Shown here: positions 1 to 13,390 of the stretch, piece by piece | How positions within the stretch are numbered: position 1 is the stretch's first letter | Layout of the letters: the number at the start of each line of letters is the position of its first letter | Source: Eledone cirrhosa | Lineage: Eukaryota | Assembly (NCBI GenBank): GCA_964016885.1 | Contig: OZ024741.1 | Span: 329,778,001-329,842,000 of the forward strand | Direction: 5' to 3' | Length of the DNA stretch: 64,000 nucleotides | Program-made: the position numbers and the translations under genes | The notes under the pieces: generated by a model | What the model was told of the DNA's origin: nothing | Seen by the model: only the letters and a program-made list of their open reading frames with translations | Databases searched by the model: none

Positions 1-185
1 CCTCTTCGGGCAGTCCGAATTGGTGTGGAAAAGACAGGTACACATGTTGTTGAGGTGTGTTTCACTCCGTCAATACATCGATATGTCCAGCTCCTGGGTG
101 TTTTGTTATTCCTCCGAGGAACTGGAATCGAATTTCAGCGTCATATATATATATATATATATTACACAGACACACATACTTACGC

Positions 186-504
186 ATAAGGGTTTTATTC
201 ACAGTGCTGACAATTGTTTCGTTGATCTGGTAGGTCTAGAGCTCGTTAATCACTTGATGTTGCGTCAATCGATCTCTAATACTTTGTTTACAACCAGTCA
301 ATTCATCGGAGCGTGTGGATGTGAGGATAATACGCAAGGCATGGCTTTTATAGAAGAGTGGTGCATGCCTTGCGTATTATCTTCACATCCACACGCTCTG
401 ATGAATTGACTGGTTGTAAACAAAGTATTGGAGATCGATTGATGCAACATCTAGACCTACCAAATCAACGAAACAATTGTCAGCACTGTGAATAAAGCCC
501 TTAT
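186..504. mobile_element. Foldback (inverted-repeat) cassette, PLE pseudo-LTR-like, carrying a hammerhead motif
   Basis: Arms 186-343 and 364-504 are near-perfect reverse complements (one ~16-nt indel) around a 20-nt spacer; (TA)n on both sides; AATAAA at 491-496 follows the ribozyme motif. Confidence 0.8.
395..484 (+). ncRNA. Minimal type I hammerhead ribozyme motif with enlarged loop II
   Basis: GCT-CTGATGA(398-404)-ATTGA...TCAAC-GAAAC(470-474)-AATT-GTC-AGC: stem I GCU/AGC, stem II UUGA/UCAA, palindromic ACAATTGT stem III, GUC site. The mirror copy in the left arm reads CCGATGA. Confidence 0.75.
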
Positions 505-769
505 TGTAAAGCCAACCACGTTACTCTTCTTTCTTGAAATATATATATATATATCATCATCATCATCATCATCATCATTTTATGTCCACTTTTCCCTGCT
601 TGCAAGGGTGGGACGGGAACTGATTCTGGCTTGATTTCTACAGCTGGATGCCCTTCCTAACACCAACCTCATTTACAGTGAGTGCTGGGTGCTTTTTTTG
701 CTGTGGCACCTCCACGACCACTTTGCAGTGGAATGATAGGGACCCCATTCCCTATCATCTCATTTCTAC

Positions 770-900
770 AGCTGAGTAAACTGGAGCAATGTGAAATAAA
801 GTGTCTTGCTCAAGGAAACAACACATCACCCGGTCTGAGAATTGAACTCACAACCTTTCGATTGCAAGGCCAATGCTCTAACCACTAAGCCATGTGCCTC
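770..900 (-). mobile_element. tRNA-derived SINE fragment (family 2)
   Basis: Minus strand has a tRNA-like head (TGGCTTAGTGGTTAGAGCA...GAGTTCAATTC) then CTTGAGCAAGACACTTTATTTCAC, shared with 19820-19950, 20220-20350, 20910-21020 and 21820-22150. Confidence 0.7.
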
Positions 901-906
901 CATTAT

Positions 907-942
<36 letters not shown>

Positions 943-943
943 G

Positions 944-1028
<85 letters not shown>

Positions 1029-1030
1029 GT
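907..1030. repeat. (TA)n microsatellite with TG interruptions
   Basis: Directly visible. Confidence 0.95.
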
Positions 1031-1853
<823 letters not shown>

Positions 1854-3252
1854 CTAACTGGCCCGTCCGGCTGGCATTCGGCTAGGTATACCTGCCCCCA
1901 CCACTCCACTGCAAAGATACCACACACCCTCCCGTGTCACATTGTCCTTCCGACTCTCTCTCTCTGAATAACTAACACTTTAATTGTATCTCTCTCTGTC
2001 TAACGGCCTACTCTCTCTTTTCCCCTCCCTTTGTTTTTCTGTCTCTCTCTGTAGATGTGTGTGTGTAGTTTCCCTAATCTCTCTCTCTCTCTCTCTCTCT
2101 CTCTATGTGTATATATTGAAGGGAGATACGGAAACTAAAACAATGTTGTCATATAGAGAGTGAAGAGCGACAGAGAGAGAGTAAAGCAGTTAAATTATAG
2201 AGAGGGGGAATGATCTTACATACATACATATAAAGTATAGATATATGTGTATGTGTGTTTGTCTATGTGTGTATGTGCATGTGTGTGTCTTTGTTTTGAT
2301 GTTATCCGGCAATTGGCGAAATCAGGTGTGAAAGTATGTGTATTTGTGAGTGTGTGTGTGTGTGTTACTTATGCGAGCGACGACAGAAAAAGTGTGTGGG
2401 ATACATACATTATTGTATTTGTCTGTATTTTCGTTCTGCAACCATTATATTATGATATTTGTATCCAAATGATTTTAGATGTATGTATTACCTGCTTGCC
2501 CGTCCCTCTGTTTCTCTTTCCGTCTCTCTCTCTCTCTCTCTTTAGATGTGTGTGTGTGTGTAGTTTTCCTAATCTGTCTCTTTCACTCTCTGTCTCTCTA
2601 AGAGGGTTGCCTTTTGATGTATGTATTACCTGCTTGTGTGTGGACCGAATTTGAAGGAGGTTATCCTTTTGAAATAAACATACATACGACGCTCCGGAAA
2701 GTAAAAGAGTGTTGTCATATAGAGAGTGAAGAGAGACAGAGAGGGTGAAAGAGGGAGAGAGAGAGAGAAGACGCTCAGCTTTTTAATATTAGAGAGTGAA
2801 GAACGACAGAGAGAGTAAAGCAGTTAAATTATAGAGAGGGGGAATGATCTATTATAGAGAGAAGGAAGAGCGACGGAGAGAGTAAAGCTAAGAAACTATA
2901 GGGAGGTGTGTAGGATACATACGTGTTGACCTAATTAACATACGACGCTCATCTCTACGGAAAGTAAAAGAGTGTTGTCATATAGAGAGTGGAGAGAGAC
3001 AGAGAGTAAAGCAGTTAAATTATAGAGGGGGTGGAGAGAGAGAGAGACGACGTTCAGCTTCATAATATTTGAGAGTGAAGAGCGATAGAGAGAGTAAAGC
3101 AGTTAAATTATAGAGAGGAGGAATGATCTATTATAGAGAGGGGGAAGAGCGACGGAGAGAGTAAAGCTAAGAAACTATAGGGAGGTGTGTAGGATACATA
3201 CATACATAATACATACATACGACGCTCAGCTTTATAATATTATATATATAGG
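1854..3252 (-). mobile_element. Probable non-autonomous Helitron with internal tandem duplications
   Basis: Minus strand starts CTATATATATAATATTATAAAGCTGAGCG and ends in a GC-rich hairpin-like segment then TTAG|T. Internal GA-rich blocks repeat at ~2120-2220, 2690-2930 and 2940-3240. Both termini are non-canonical. Confidence 0.45.
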
Positions 3253-3615
3253 TGATTCAGTTAATTACTGGTGTTGGTACCAAAGCAAGCATTCTATGCA
3301 CAGAGTATATTAGAAAAAAAACGAGGAAGTTTCGTTTGCATGTATATGATATTTATTGTGTATCGACCTTTTACACGCGTTGGCTCATGGTCAACATTGG
3401 AGTTATGGACCCAACTCTACTATCGATCTGTTCTTCAGACGGGCCATGTGACGAAAAAAAAATCGCTAGTCTGAAGAGCATATCGATAGTAGAGTTGGGT
3501 CCATAACTCCGATGGGTGACCTTGAACCAATCCTCTGTGAAACGCGCGTAACAGGTCGATACACAAAAAATATCATATACGTGTAAACGAAACTTCCTCG
3601 TTTTATTTTAATATA
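3252..3615. mobile_element. Foldback cassette with tail, PLE pseudo-LTR-like (family also at 22921-23145 and 38700-38830)
   Basis: Arms ~3306-3440 and ~3469-3615 are inverted; the tail GGTGTTGGTACCAAA...AAGCA.TCTATGCAC recurs at 22926 and ~38720. Confidence 0.75.
3466..3555 (+). ncRNA. Hammerhead motif with ~50-nt loop II
   Basis: CTGAAGA (3471-3477)-GCA...TGT-GAAAC-GCGC-GTA-ACAGG. The consensus with the mirror arm and the 23060 copy gives stem I CC(C/U)GU/ACAGG, stem II GCAGA/UCUGC and palindromic ACGCGCGT. Confidence 0.65.
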
Positions 3616-3627
3616 TATATATATATC

Positions 3628-4027
3628 CAGGGAGTGTAACTTGGAGTTACTGTAGGTTCACCCGGGTGAGTACTTGATGTTTAGGTTCACTTCAGTGTCG
3701 AGGTGTAGAGTGTATTATAGGGAAATAAGATAACAAGGACAATTGGTTACTCCTTTATTACGTTTATTGGTTGGTGACGCGCATTTCGCCACTGATCAGC
3801 TCAAGGTTCGATCTGTATCGAGCTGACCCGACTCTGTAATCCGCGGCTTGTCAGACACCTTTTAATGTTAATGGAAAATGTTTTCCATTAACATTACAAG
3901 GGGCCTGACGAGCTGCGGATTACAGAGTCGGATCAGATCGATACAGATCGTACCTTGAGCTGATCAGTGGCGAAACGCGCGTCACCAACCAATAAACGTA
4001 ATGAAGGAGTAACCAATCGTCCTTATT
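3628..4027. mobile_element. Near-perfect palindromic cassette with tail, PLE pseudo-LTR-like
   Basis: Arms 3732-3878 and 3881-4027 with only a 2-nt apex; unpaired tail 3628-3731; TA-flanked. Confidence 0.75.
3901..3986 (+). ncRNA. Hammerhead motif with large loop II
   Basis: CTGACGA (3905-3911)-GCT...GGC-GAAAC(3972-3976)-GCGC-GTC-ACC, then AATAAA at 3991; mirror copy at ~3773-3858. Confidence 0.65.
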
Positions 4028-5105
4028 GTATATATATTGATGATTTGGTGTTAAAGAATAAAATCAAATGATAAAATAAAAGTATACTTTAAAAAATGAG
4101 GCTCCCGAGGATGTGTGGCCCTAAATTATAGCTTAGCACTGTTGATTAGTAGGCTGACATCGTATATACTCGCAGTTATATCTTTTCTTTAAAGGTACAC
4201 CATCACTTTAAATAGGAATTAATTTAACTAGCGTGAGCTCTCTCTGCTTCCTCTTAAAGGCGTATGTAATTAAGGTTAAATAGGAATCTTCCGGCAACTT
4301 CTATCATAGATAACAAATTTGTTGATTTTATATTAAGTTCAATAAATAAATGATAAACCCGTGGAAATATGAAGAAAAAAGATGTTCTCGTATAATCATA
4401 AAAAAGATATTCAAGGAAAATAATTTCGTCTAAAATATTTCAGAGTAGCTTCCCTTTAAAAAATGTTAATTATTGGTTACAGTTTTGAGATACAATCATC
4501 GCTATAAATCAACTCTCTCTCTGGAAGAAATCGGCTATGTTCCGACCTGGAAAAGGATGGATTCCATCAGATTTAAATGTTCAAGTAATGCCATGTGTTC
4601 ATGACGGCGCCTCTCCGACTTCATAAGGAGTTAAGTGCCAAAAATATTACTGGTACAGTTCATGCCATAATACAACTCCCAGATAAAATAAATAAATAAA
4701 GGCGTTGTATGTTCGTTTCTATATCATACATACATACAGCTACGGAAATATTTCTACACCATACGCACACACACACAATTCACACAAACATATTTGTTTT
4801 ATAAATGGAAGAGGACTCAATACGTGTAGAGTATATACGTGTGTGCATCCATGGATGTATTCATACATTCATACGTTCGTATCTATACACATACAAACAT
4901 ACATATATAGGACTGGAGTCGGGTCTATAACATGGATCTTGAGCCACCCACCTGTGAAACGTTCGTAACTGAGCCTAATCAACAAAAACTTCAATGTGAA
5001 AACCTCGTTTTGTTTTTCTTATATGTGTGTGTGTGCGCGCGCGTGTGTGAGAGAGAGAGAGAGAGAAAAAGAAGCTTAAAATACAATTGGTGTCTTTAAG
5101 AATCT

Positions 5106-5194
5106 ACGATCTGATGAGTTATCGATTCCAGAGCTGAGCCCGATCACTATTGGTTGTACTTTGAACTGGTCGATCGCGAAACGCGCGTTACGTG
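5106..5194 (+). ncRNA. Degenerate hammerhead motif
   Basis: CTGATGA (5111-5117)...GC-GAAAC-GCGC-GTT-ACGTG, then AATAAA at 5197; stems I and II are imperfect. Confidence 0.5.
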
Positions 5195-5269
5195 TGAATA
5201 AATATATTGATGTTATATTGATTTTTCCTACTCCTTATTAATATATGTGTGTGTGTGTACATAGAGAGA

Positions 5270-5333
<64 letters not shown>

Positions 5334-5880
5334 AGATAAATAACATACTCTATAACCCTCTATGGCCATGTAGTCGTAACTGTCATCGTTTCTTTAAGCT
5401 TCAAATATCGGAAGAGATTAAACTAGTAGCCATATTACAGGACGGTTCAATCACCCATTTCCTCTAACCGGCTTTTTTACTAACATGGTCACCTACCTAA
5501 ATATTTCAACAATTATTTCTCAGTCTATTTCGTCGTCCTCCCACCTTACACAGATACATTCATATACATTTTTTGAATATACACATATAGACATACATTC
5601 AGACAGTGAGCAGCACTCTTAAAAGTGCGTATTCTTATTCACATACACATGCGTAACTAAATTTCACCCATTCACATGCACATATACACAAGTGTACTAA
5701 ATCAAATTTCACACACACACGTTTACCTTCAGACTATAAATAAACCAATTGATTATCCAGTACACATACATATTCACAGTCGCATAATAAATAAATACAC
5801 ACACACACACACCATACACATACATATATATATATGTATGTGTATGGTATTTTGCTACAATGTTTTCTATACCTTTCATT

Positions 5881-5911
<31 letters not shown>

Positions 5912-6949
5912 GCACTCAACTTCGCTTTTTGGTATATACATTCACACATGTGAAAGTCATACATATATATACATACACACTTCTACGTGCAAGTACATTT
6001 AACAGACCAACCGATAGTTATAATCACAGACATATCTATGTATATATATATATATATATACATATCTATGTCTGTGATTATATATATACATATACATATA
6101 CATATATACATATATATATATATATACACACATATGTATGTACATATATATTATCTCTCTCTATACATATATATATACATGTATACACATACATACGTTT
6201 ACTACAACTACTACTACTATCCCTGATAACAGATGTTAGTGTGTAGGATGGGGAGGGGGGAATAATGATAGAAAAAGTTGGAGGAGAGGTAGAGAATATA
6301 GTAAGACTAAGTCAGGGCTAGAAAGAGTAGTGACAAACAAAGAGTAGAGAGGGAGGTACTAATCAGTTTAGTGGTGGAGACGGTGGTGATGAAGGCGAAG
6401 TAGTAATGGGAGGTAAAATTTAAACGAAGGAGCAGTCAGAGGTGAGGAACGGTATGAGGTATATTGTAACTACTGTAACACTGGTGATGGTTGTGAAGAT
6501 GAAGGTGGTGATAACAGGGGAAATGGTAGTGCTATGATGTGCTGGAGGCGACGGTAGAGTAACCGTTAGTAGTAGTTGTAGTAGGAAAGAATGACAGGAG
6601 AAGGGGAGTCTATTAGTGGGATAGTAATACTAGTAGTAAAGTAATTGTGGGAAAAGGGTTATTGTTGTTTATCCCTCCCCCAAATCAACCCTAATAATGC
6701 AGACATTTGATCAAAGTGTTCCAGTCCGTGACCACCCCGTCGTTTCTTTATCAGATACCATATATGTAATACTGCATCATTCAATATTTTCATCGTGTTT
6801 AAAACAGTAAAGTATGATTTAATTGAAAATTGGCTACTATTTCTAGCAGGTCAAACTACCTGGAAAGAGGCTCTGTTGGTGGAGGTGATTCTTCTGTTTG
6901 TAGATAGTAATGGTAGGGAAGAGGTAAGTTTTAATGGTAGTAGCATTAT

Positions 6950-7135
6950 GCGGTGGATTGGCAGTATCGGTAGAGGGTCGGACGCCATGCTTTCCAGCAT
7001 AGTTACGTCCCTTTACGATTTGAGTTCAAATCCCGCTGAGGTTGACTTTGCCTTTCATCCTTACGGGGTCGATAAAATAAAGTACCAATAATGTACTGGG
7101 TATTTGCTGGCCTTGTGCCTAAAGTAGAAACAATT
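6950..7135 (+). mobile_element. tRNA-derived SINE family 1 (MESC/MetaSINE-like core)
   Basis: Box A-like TGGCAGTATCGGTAGAG, box B-like GAGTTCAAATCC, core GCCTTTCATCCTTACGGGGTCGATAAAATAAAGTACC; ATTATG duplicated at both ends. The core name is from recollection. Confidence 0.85.
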
Positions 7136-7659
7136 ATGTAGGGTGTTGGTATTATGATAACCGAAGTAGGAGTGATTGTGGTGATGGTGGTAGTAGCAAT
7201 TATTAAGCTAGTCGTCCACAGTAGCAATATAGTAGTACTATATGTAGTGGTGGGAGTTATGATATTGAAAGTGAAGAAATATTTCAATGGGAATAAAGGC
7301 GCCTAATTTAATACTCAGTCGGCTCACGACAGTAACGTTCTGAGTTCGATTTCCTTGGGCAAGAAACTTTATTTCTAGGAAGAGGCTATGTAGCCGGTAA
7401 AAGTGTCTGACACCATGAGTTGCAGCCCGAGTTAAGACAATTTGAAATATTTTCCACCATCAATTGTTAAAAAACAAGTTAAAATCATTTAGTCGTCCAT
7501 TCATAACGTACATTACGCTTTAGTTACATGCACACACATCTACACGTAAACACGTAAACAGATACAGACAACAGAAGGGAGGGGCTGGTGAAACAAAATA
7601 GCGATGTGTGTCGTGTTCCTTTAGGGTTTAACCGGTTACATAGCCTATTCGTTATTTCT

Positions 7660-7880
7660 ATATATGTTGTTGCTTCAGTCCTGAACAAGCAAAAATTAGC
7701 TGTACCTGCAATTCAAAGGGCTAGTCGTGTGTCGTGTAACACTGTCACGCCGAATCTCCCTGAGAATTGCGTTAAGAGTACACGTATCTGTTCAATGCTC
7801 AGCCACTTGCCCGTTAATTTCAGGAGCAGCCTGTCCAGTTGATCAAACAATTGGAACTCTGTGGATGGCGGCGGAAGTCC
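7660..7880 (+). mobile_element. SINE family 2, 3' part
   Basis: Colinear similarity to 21930-22150 (TGTCACGC.GAATCTCC.TGA...CGTTAAG.GTAC.CGT). Confidence 0.7.
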
Positions 7881-7934
7881 AAAACACACTTCAATAGGGA
7901 TATATGGATAAAACAATGGTAAAAATAATGGTTT

Positions 7935-8823
7935 TTGATTTAGACACAAGGCCAACAATTTTTGGAGAAAGTAAAAGTCGAATAAATCGACACCAGTGCG
8001 TTACTGGTACTCTATTTTATCAACGTCTGTAAGGATGAAAGGCAAAGCTAACCTCGACGGAATTTGAACTCAGAAGGTGCAGGGACATAACTCTGTGCTG
8101 TAAAACATTTCGTCCGACCCTCTATCGATACTAATGGTAGAAATAATAATAATAATAATAATCACGCTGGTAATGCTGATTACAAAGGAAAGGTGAAAGT
8201 AGGGTTATAGCTAGCAATAGTATTTTTTTGTAGAAACTATCATAATTAATAGCAATATTGATTTCTGATTTAGGCACAGGGCCAGCAAATTTTGTGAGAA
8301 AGGCAAAGTTAATAAAATCAACTCAATTACTTGACCGGTACTTTATTTTATCGACCCTGGCAAAGTTGACCTGGGCAGGATTTAATCTCAAAATGTAAAG
8401 AACCACAACAAATACTGTAATTGCATTTTATCCGACGCTCTACCAATTCACCGCCCTTAGTATAATAGCCATAGAAGCAGCAATGTGCAAGCCTTGAAAT
8501 AACATTCAAATAGTTTCTTTTCTCTATTGTGGTCCAGAGGAAAATACTCAGGTCCCCAAGTGAATCAACCCTAACCCTCTTTCTATATCTCATATCTTTC
8601 CAACTTTTGTTTCAACTATCTCCTTATACATTTTTATATTTGCTGGTGTATATTTCTCTCTCTCTCTATATATATATATGTGTGTGTGTGCGCGAAAAAA
8701 AAGTGCCCCAAAACGGAGGTTTTTACATAATTGTTTCTACTTTAGGCACAAGACCAACAATTAACCAGTGCATTACTGGTACTTTATTTTATCGACCCCG
8801 TAAGGATGAAAGGCAAAGTCAAC
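7935..8823 (-). mobile_element. Three SINE family 1 copies (7935-8130, 8270-8460, 8728-8823)
   Basis: Reverse complement of the core (GGTACTTTATTTTATCGACCC...AAGGATGAAAGGCAAAGT); the last copy is truncated with an ACATAAT duplication. Confidence 0.8.
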
Positions 8824-9217
8824 ATAATGAAAGCTATCCCCATTTTCAGAAGAGAGACATCTCTCATTCACTTTGGGATGGGAGATCTCCCTGTCAGACG
8901 GGAAGAGTTGACAAGTCTGCATATATGTATATAATGTATATATATTGAAAGTCTGGAGGAAGACCACAAATCAGGGTAATATTCTATGCACGGAGAAGGA
9001 GCAGATTTGGTTTCGGCTTGTATGTGGCAAGCTTTTTTAAGGGTACTCTCGGGTTCCAAATAATAGGAGGGTGGAATAAGCGGCGGGGGGATTGGAAAAT
9101 CGGTCATTTTTCTAGGTTGCCTGTTGGTTTAAACAAAAACAGAATTAGTCGTTTAGTTTACATATTGAGACCCCCCTCCCAACCCATCCTATTTATTTTA
9201 TAACATGGGATATCTAG

Positions 9218-9708
9218 TAATATACTTTTTTTGCCATATATCTTTTTAATATATAAAGAAAACTAATTGTCGCAGGAATGCTACTAGTTAAAATAAAATT
9301 TCGCCGGAGATGGATTAGCCAAATTTAATAATCGGAGGTAGGGAGGGGGTCTGAAAAATTAATAAGCGTGAAGGGATGCAATTATTCGAGACCAGAAAGT
9401 ATATATATATAATTGTGTGTTACATATATATATATATATATACTCTCTCAGAAAATGTATATATTTATGTGTATATATATATATATGTATGTAACACACA
9501 ATTATTCGAGACCAGAAAGTATATATATATATACATATATACTTTCTGGTCTCGAATAATTGCACCGCTTATTAATTTTTCAGACCCCCTCCCCACCCCG
9601 ATTATTAAATATTTGGCTAATCCATCTCCGGCGAAATTTTATTTTAACTAGTAGCAATTAGTTTTCTTTATACATTAAAAAAACATATATGGCAAAAAAA
9701 GTACATTA
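9218..9708. repeat. Long inverted repeat with nested inversion/duplication (MITE-like ends head-to-head)
   Basis: 9218-9405 is the reverse complement of 9537-9708; inner IR 9411-9426/9488-9503; direct duplicate 9379-9407/9499-9527. Confidence 0.8.
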
Positions 9709-11397
9709 TATTTATATATCTATATACATTTTACACGTACGTATGTTTTCATCGGTATCAACGCATTTGTAGAATATGTATGTATGTATATGTACAATAT
9801 TCATTTCAGTACCTCTATGCCTATTTATTTGTATTGTGTGAATATGTGAGCGCGAATTTCAAATGAACTGAGTGCTTGCGTGAATGTTTTGAAATGTAGG
9901 TGTATTATGAGTGTGTAGAAGGACGTATGTGAATACATGTGTGAATATGTCACTCATTTGTATATATATATGAGTGTGTCTGTGTATGCGTGTGCACATA
10001 TATCGATGGTGGGGAAACCTTAATTATATTCCAGTAATGAGCCATCGTCCTTAATTCTCACTTCGTCAGTGTTTGTCTCTCGTTTTTCCTTTCCTTCTCT
10101 TTGTATGCTTTTCTTGTTTTCTCTCTCTCTCACTTTGTCCTTTCTTCTTCATTCCTATATTACTCTGGCTCTCCCTCGGTTTGTCTTTATATATTTTTCC
10201 CATCCATCCTCTCTCGCTAATTGTCTTCATTTCCCCCTATATCTCTCCATTTTCTCTTTCTTTCCGTCCCTCTAGTCGTTTTTGTCTATCTATCTGTTCA
10301 TCATTTTTGCCTTTTTTCTTTACCTAGTTTTCATAAAAAAAAATCTTTCTCTCTATTTCCACAATCTCTGATTTTCGTGCACTTCTCTCTCTATCTAACT
10401 GTCTGTGTCTTCTTCCTCTCTCTCTAACTCGATGCCTTTCTATATATCTCCCTGATTTCCGTATACTTCTCTGTCTCTATCTATCTAACTATATGTGTCT
10501 TCTCTGTCTAACTCGATACCTTTTTATATATCTCTCTGATTTCCGTAGACTTCCTCCCATTATCTGTATATTTTCCACCTAACACACACTCTCTTTCCTC
10601 CTGCGAACTTGGCTGCCACCTTACCTTCCTGCCCACTATACGACCGCAATACATCCCGCTAACCAACTGCACTCCAACACCACCCGGCTACTTCTGGTTA
10701 GCCTACATCCCCCCCCCCACTCATACCACCACGTTGATGCCTCATTCTCTTCACTACACACACACACACAGACTCACAGAAGTCAACAAGGTTGGTTTGA
10801 CAGTGGTTCGGATATTAATTTAATGTTGCCATCACCAATTTCTTCCAAGTATTCCAAAGTAGGAAAGGGCAAGGCAAGGGTAACTGGAGTGGAGTGGAGT
10901 GAAGTAGAAGTAGAGTAGAGGTCGAGTGGTGTAGACAAGTGGAGTGAAGAGTTATCGCTTAATGTCAGTCTGTATACACACACACGCATATAACAAATTT
11001 AATATTAAATTTGTTATATACACTCTACTAATGTATTGAGTACTTTACTGTGGTTACCCGGGATTCTCACATACTCACACACACATATATGTATTTGTGT
11101 GTGTATATATATATGTGTGTGTGTGTGTGTGCGTGTGTGCAAATACCTATGTATGTGTGGACGTAACAATCCTTAATATACACATATATACAGATACTAG
11201 CAGTGAAACCTATGCTAGTCCTGTCAACTTATATATATATATATACAATATTAATAAATGGAAACTATATTTATAAAACCATATTTATTTCATTATATAT
11301 ATTTCAAGGATACCAAGTTAAATCATGGTATGCCTTCATCGGTCACCTTTTTGAAAGGGTACGTCAATATCTATTTGTAAAACTGTTATATATTGTA

Positions 11398-11458
11398 TTT
11401 TGTCTGATGAAAGCATACCATGATTTAACTTGGTATCCTTGAAATAAATATAATGAAA
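11398..11458 (+). ncRNA. Type I hammerhead ribozyme motif
   Basis: TTTTGT-CTGATGA-AAGCATACCA...TGGTATCCTT-GAAAT-AAAT-ATA-ATGAAA; 6-bp stem I including G-U pairs, long stem II, AUA site. Confidence 0.7.
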
Positions 11459-11829
11459 TAAATATGGTTTTATAAATATAGTTTCCATTTAATAATATTG
11501 TATATCTACTCCAAATATTTGTCGAGTGCTTTATATCAGTTATAATAATATTTGCTTGTTGTATCCCAACAATTTAAATAGAACTTTTGCATATATATAT
11601 ATATATATAATGTATAATAAACAATACAATATAATTACCTCATTACCAGAGGTTTCCCGAATAAGACGAATACGAAAGAAACGTCCTCATATATATATAT
11701 ATGCAGAGGTTATATTTAATTTGTTGGGATTCAACAAGCTTAAAAATGTTATAACTTATAAAGCACTCAACAGATGAAGTAAATATTCAATATATTAATA
11801 AATGGAAACTATATTTATAAAACCATAAT

Positions 11830-11895
11830 TATTTTATAATATATATTTCAAGGGCAACCAAGGCAAATTATGGTGCGCTTTCATCAGATAAAATA
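11830..11895 (-). ncRNA. Type I hammerhead ribozyme motif
   Basis: Minus strand: TATTTTAT-CTGATGA-AAGCGCACCA...TGGTTGCCCTT-GAAAT-ATAT-ATT-ATAAAATA; 8-bp stem I. Confidence 0.75.
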
Positions 11896-12047
11896 CAGAT
11901 TTGTTTTATAAATAAATATTGACATACCCGAAAAAAAGACAACTTTAACGGTTGAAGTTTCCATTTATTAATATCATTGATATATATATATATATATATA
12001 TATCAATGATATTAATAAATGGAAACTATACTTTATAAACCCATATT

Positions 12048-12109
12048 TATTTTATTATATATATTTCAAGGGTACCAAAAGTTTTGGTACGCTCTCATCA
12101 GATAAAATA
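12048..12109 (-). ncRNA. Type I hammerhead ribozyme motif
   Basis: Minus strand: TATTTTAT-CTGATGA-GAGCGTACCAAAA-C-TTTTGGTACCCTT-GAAAT-ATAT-ATA-ATAAAATA; perfect 8-bp stem I, long stem II, palindromic stem III. Confidence 0.8.
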
Positions 12110-12442
12110 CAAAAGTTGTTTTATAAATATTGACATATCCAAAAAACGAGAACTTATCATTTTAAGTTCAGTTTGGATATCATTGATATTATACTCCAGA
12201 AGAAATTTGTAGTGCTTCGAATCTGTTGTAATTAAATTTGTTGAATAACCAACAAATTAAATAATTCTTTGCTTATATATATATATATATATATAAGGAT
12301 TAGAATACTGGAGCGTGTTGGAGTTAAACACCCTCTTCGTATTATAGAAATGACAGTAAAAGGTATAGCTCAATGCAGTTAAACAGAGCCAAAAAATTAA
12401 GAGAGTAAAACAAAGAATCCTTTAATACATCAAAAGTTTTTA

Positions 12443-12487
12443 TTAGCCGACAATGTTTCGTCCTATTAAGGACTCATCAGGGCAATC
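12443..12487 (-). ncRNA. Canonical minimal type I hammerhead ribozyme motif
   Basis: Minus strand: GATTGCC-CTGATGA-GTCC-TTAATA-GGAC-GAAAC-ATT-GTC-GGCTAAT, overlapping AATAAA; inside a ~210-bp TA-flanked insert at 12296-12517. Confidence 0.85.
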
Positions 12488-12513
12488 AAAACAACAAGAA
12501 GTAATATCGGCAG

Positions 12514-12567
<54 letters not shown>

Positions 12568-13061
12568 AGAGTCAGAACCCCGACGGCTGAGCTCCGGTCG
12601 TTTCATAGATGCTTATGTTATATTTTTGTTTGTAGTAAGACAATTTAAACAAATCAATCACTTCATCAATTTATTCATCGATTAAGCTCTCGCTTCCGTT
12701 CCATCCCTTCCACTCCCGTGCCTTTCCTTCCTACCTTCTTTCCTCCACCACCACTTCGATTAATGTCAACCTTTCGCTCTCTCCCTATAGTAGTACTACG
12801 ATTACTACCACCACAACTACTACCGCCATCACTATCGTCACCATGATCACTGCATCGTACCTCAAGCCAATGGAATTGCTCGACTGCTAGAAATAGCAAC
12901 CAATTTACCCTCAAATTACTCCCCACCCTGTTTTCTTTTGTAGATAAACGATACATACATAGAATAAGGGAAGTGTTAAATACACTGTGCTTAAAAATAA
13001 CATGGGATGGCCACGGTTGGAATATCTTTGATATAAGCCTGCTCGATCAGGACTTAAGCAA

Positions 13062-13390
13062 TACCATCAGTATTTCCCTCTATCGCTTTCATTATACTAC
13101 TACCGCCACCAACACCAGTATTACCATCGCCGCCATTATCACCACCGCCGCTACAATCACCAATACCTTTACCATCAACGCTAACACCAATATTATGACC
13201 ACCAGCAGCACCAGCCCCACTGCCAACACCACCACTATCTCTATTACCAACATCACCAACACCTTTAACATCATCACCACTACCATCAACACCAGGACCT
13301 CCACCAGGACCATCAACATCAACACCATCAACTCCAACACTACCGCCAGAACCATGAACACCACCATCAACACTACAACCACTACCTCCA
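13062..13390. repeat. Degenerate (ACC/ATC/AAC)n trinucleotide repeat
   Basis: Directly visible; explains the Thr-rich and Val-rich ORFs. Confidence 0.85.

Larger units (their letters stand above)
11241..12275. mobile_element. Cluster of three related AT-rich hammerhead cassettes separated by (TA)n
   Basis: 11241-11590 (arms ~11241-11340/11404-11505 plus tail), 11703-11985 and 12001-12275 share ATTAATAAATGGAAACTATA and a tail also found at 22431-22521. Confidence 0.8.

Noticed and set aside
8950-9042. Possible minus-strand hammerhead (CTTAAAAA-AGCTTG...CAAGCC-GAAAC)
   Set aside because: The core box is too mutated to call.
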